This document shows positions 63,282-64,000 of a stretch of DNA of 64,000 nucleotides, piece by piece. The stretch lies in NCBI GenBank assembly GCA_963816145.1, contig CAWFJP010000031.1:96001-160000 (forward strand). Direction: 5' to 3'. Below the pieces are notes generated by a model. It saw nothing but the letters and a program-made list of their open reading frames with translations, ran no database searches and was not told the origin of the DNA. This DNA comes from an uncultured delta proteobacterium. Its GTDB lineage: Bacteria > Desulfobacterota > Binatia > UBA9968. A program made the translations under genes and the position numbers. The first letter of the stretch is position 1. Each line of letters opens with the position of its first letter.

Positions 63282-64000
63282 ATGGCGACGAACCCGCTGA
63301 AGCTGATAGTTTTCACGATTTTGTTTATGTTCCTTGCCATGATCGCTGCGCGGGAAATCCGCGCCGCCGCGGCAGCGGAGACTCAAGGGGGAAAGCTTGC
63401 CGGAATGGTCAACATCCCGGCCGGGGAATTTACGATGGGGCGCGACGGTGGCGCAAAAAACGAAACGCCGGCGCATAAATTATTTCTCCCAGCCTTCCAT
63501 ATCGATCGAAATCTCGTTACCGCCAGAGAGTACGCAAAGTTCATCCAGGAAAAAGGTCCCACCGGGCCCAAGGGTGAAATGTATTTGGATGTCGCGGATG
63601 CCGACGTTCTGGTCCACAATCGAGACGGCAAGTGGCTGCCCAAGGAAGGTTTTGAGAATCACCCTGCCGGTGAATTGAGCCGGCACGGCGCCGCCGCCTA
63701 TTGCGCGTGGGCCGGTAAGCGGCTCCCCAGCGAAGCGGAGTGGGAAAAAGCCGCGCGTGGAACCGACGGCCGGCTCTACCCGTGGGGCAATGACATGCCC
63801 CGCCCTGATCTGGCGTTTATCGGCGGCTTTCGCGGTCAAACGGTTGCCGTCGGGCAGTTTCCCAAAGGGGCAAGCCCCTACGGGGTGCTCGATATGGCCG
63901 GACAGGTTTGGGAATGGACTCGTTCGATTTATAAACCCTATCCCTATAATCCAAAGGACGGACGCGAGGAGCCGGCGACCGCCGACACGGTGGTCGCCCG
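63282..64000 (+). CDS. formylglycine-generating enzyme (SUMF1/FGE-sulfatase) domain protein, runs off window
   Basis: MVNIPAGEFTMG, KRLPSEAEWEKAARG..YPWGN, SPYGVLDMAGQVWEW. Confidence 0.93.
   Translation, partial: MATNPLKLIVFTILFMFLAMIAAREIRAAAAAETQGGKLAGMVNIPAGEFTMGRDGGAKNETPAHKLFLPAFHIDRNLVTAREYAKFIQEKGPTGPKGEMYLDVADADVLVHNRDGKWLPKEGFENHPAGELSRHGAAAYCAWAGKRLPSEAEWEKAARGTDGRLYPWGNDMPRPDLAFIGGFRGQTVAVGQFPKGASPYGVLDMAGQVWEWTRSIYKPYPYNPKDGREEPATADTVVA

Overview
GC-rich bacterial DNA. The gene content (many orphan TctC, NitT/TauT and AfuA-type binding proteins, amidohydrolase, Rieske oxygenase) suggests a Binatota-like deltaproteobacterial soil lineage; this is inference. The window opens with the 3' part of an rRNA operon (23S, 5S, terminator), an RRM RNA-binding protein and an ABC-F ATPase. 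It then becomes a ~55 kb patchwork of catabolic genes (amidase, amidohydrolase, CoxMSL-like Mo-hydroxylase, P450, A-T didomain NRPS, Rieske oxygenase), a group II intron, an IS91/ISCR relic with oriIS, and many truncated gene tails. The most striking region is 43.2-58.2 kb. It holds seven full-length type II toxin-antitoxin operons plus antitoxin relics, punctuated by six same-orientation copies of a repeat with core GCATCTTGACTGCTACGACTCTAGACCTGACCCC and closed by one inverted partial copy. Related ...GACCCC ends, some attached to C-terminal relics of Y1/HUH (RAYT-like) transposases, sit at junctions of duplicated gene tails across the window. Together these suggest a non-integron, HUH-end-based cassette-stacking system, which remains a hypothesis. 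Several single-base frameshifts may be sequencing indels. All family calls come from motif recognition by eye; no searches were run.
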